A stretch of 64,000 bases of DNA from Vicugna vicugna (lineage: Eukaryota), in NCBI GenBank assembly GCA_013265495.1, contig MU058198.1:4042419-4106418 (forward strand), given 5' to 3'. The notes beneath the pieces were generated by a model. The model was not told where the DNA came from. It did not search any database and was given only the letters and a program-made list of their open reading frames with translations. Below are positions 63,806 to 64,000 of this stretch, piece after piece; positions within the stretch are counted from its first letter, which is position 1, and each line of letters begins with the position of its first letter. The position numbers and the translations under genes are program-made.

Positions 63806-64000
63806 GCCTAGGCCCCTTCCAGCAGGACAGACCCCTGACAGTGCACTGGACACCTGACTTCCTTCTGTAATCTCACAGAGTCAGGCCTGGGGCCAACCCC
63901 ACCTCTTCCAATTAGAGGTGAATCTACGGTGGGTACTCTGTGATCTAGCTTCTGGCCCTCTCCTCCACGCAGCTCGGAGCCCTTCTGGCTTTCTTCCAGT

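Overview
Eutherian mammal nuclear DNA, very probably a camelid (alpaca/llama/camel). The evidence is ten copies of a tRNA-Ala-like SINE (GGGGAGGGTATAGCTCAGTGGTAGAG...) resembling the camelid Vic-1 type, plus artiodactyl-type L1 3' ends. The window is intronic or intergenic and dominated by interspersed repeats: L1, L2, MIR, MaLR/ERVL LTRs and hAT MERs. I cannot support any protein-coding gene or gene name; every ORF I can recognise is L1 ORF2, decayed hAT transposase or simple repeat. Notable items: (1) a near-perfect 237-bp tandem duplication with a 20-bp junction insert, each copy carrying a 165-nt minus-strand exon-like cassette (53.6-54.1 kb); (2) a full-length decayed Charlie1-type hAT transposon with TIRs, TSD and transposase motifs (36.9-40.2 kb); (3) a promoter-like unique region (8.3-9.7 kb) with an inverted pair of M-boxes; (4) an RFX X-box element (51.3 kb) and a GATA cluster (21.3 kb); (5) several informative retrotransposition structures. 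I found no convincing novel biological system. Repeat family names are recognised by eye and boundaries are approximate unless TSDs are quoted.
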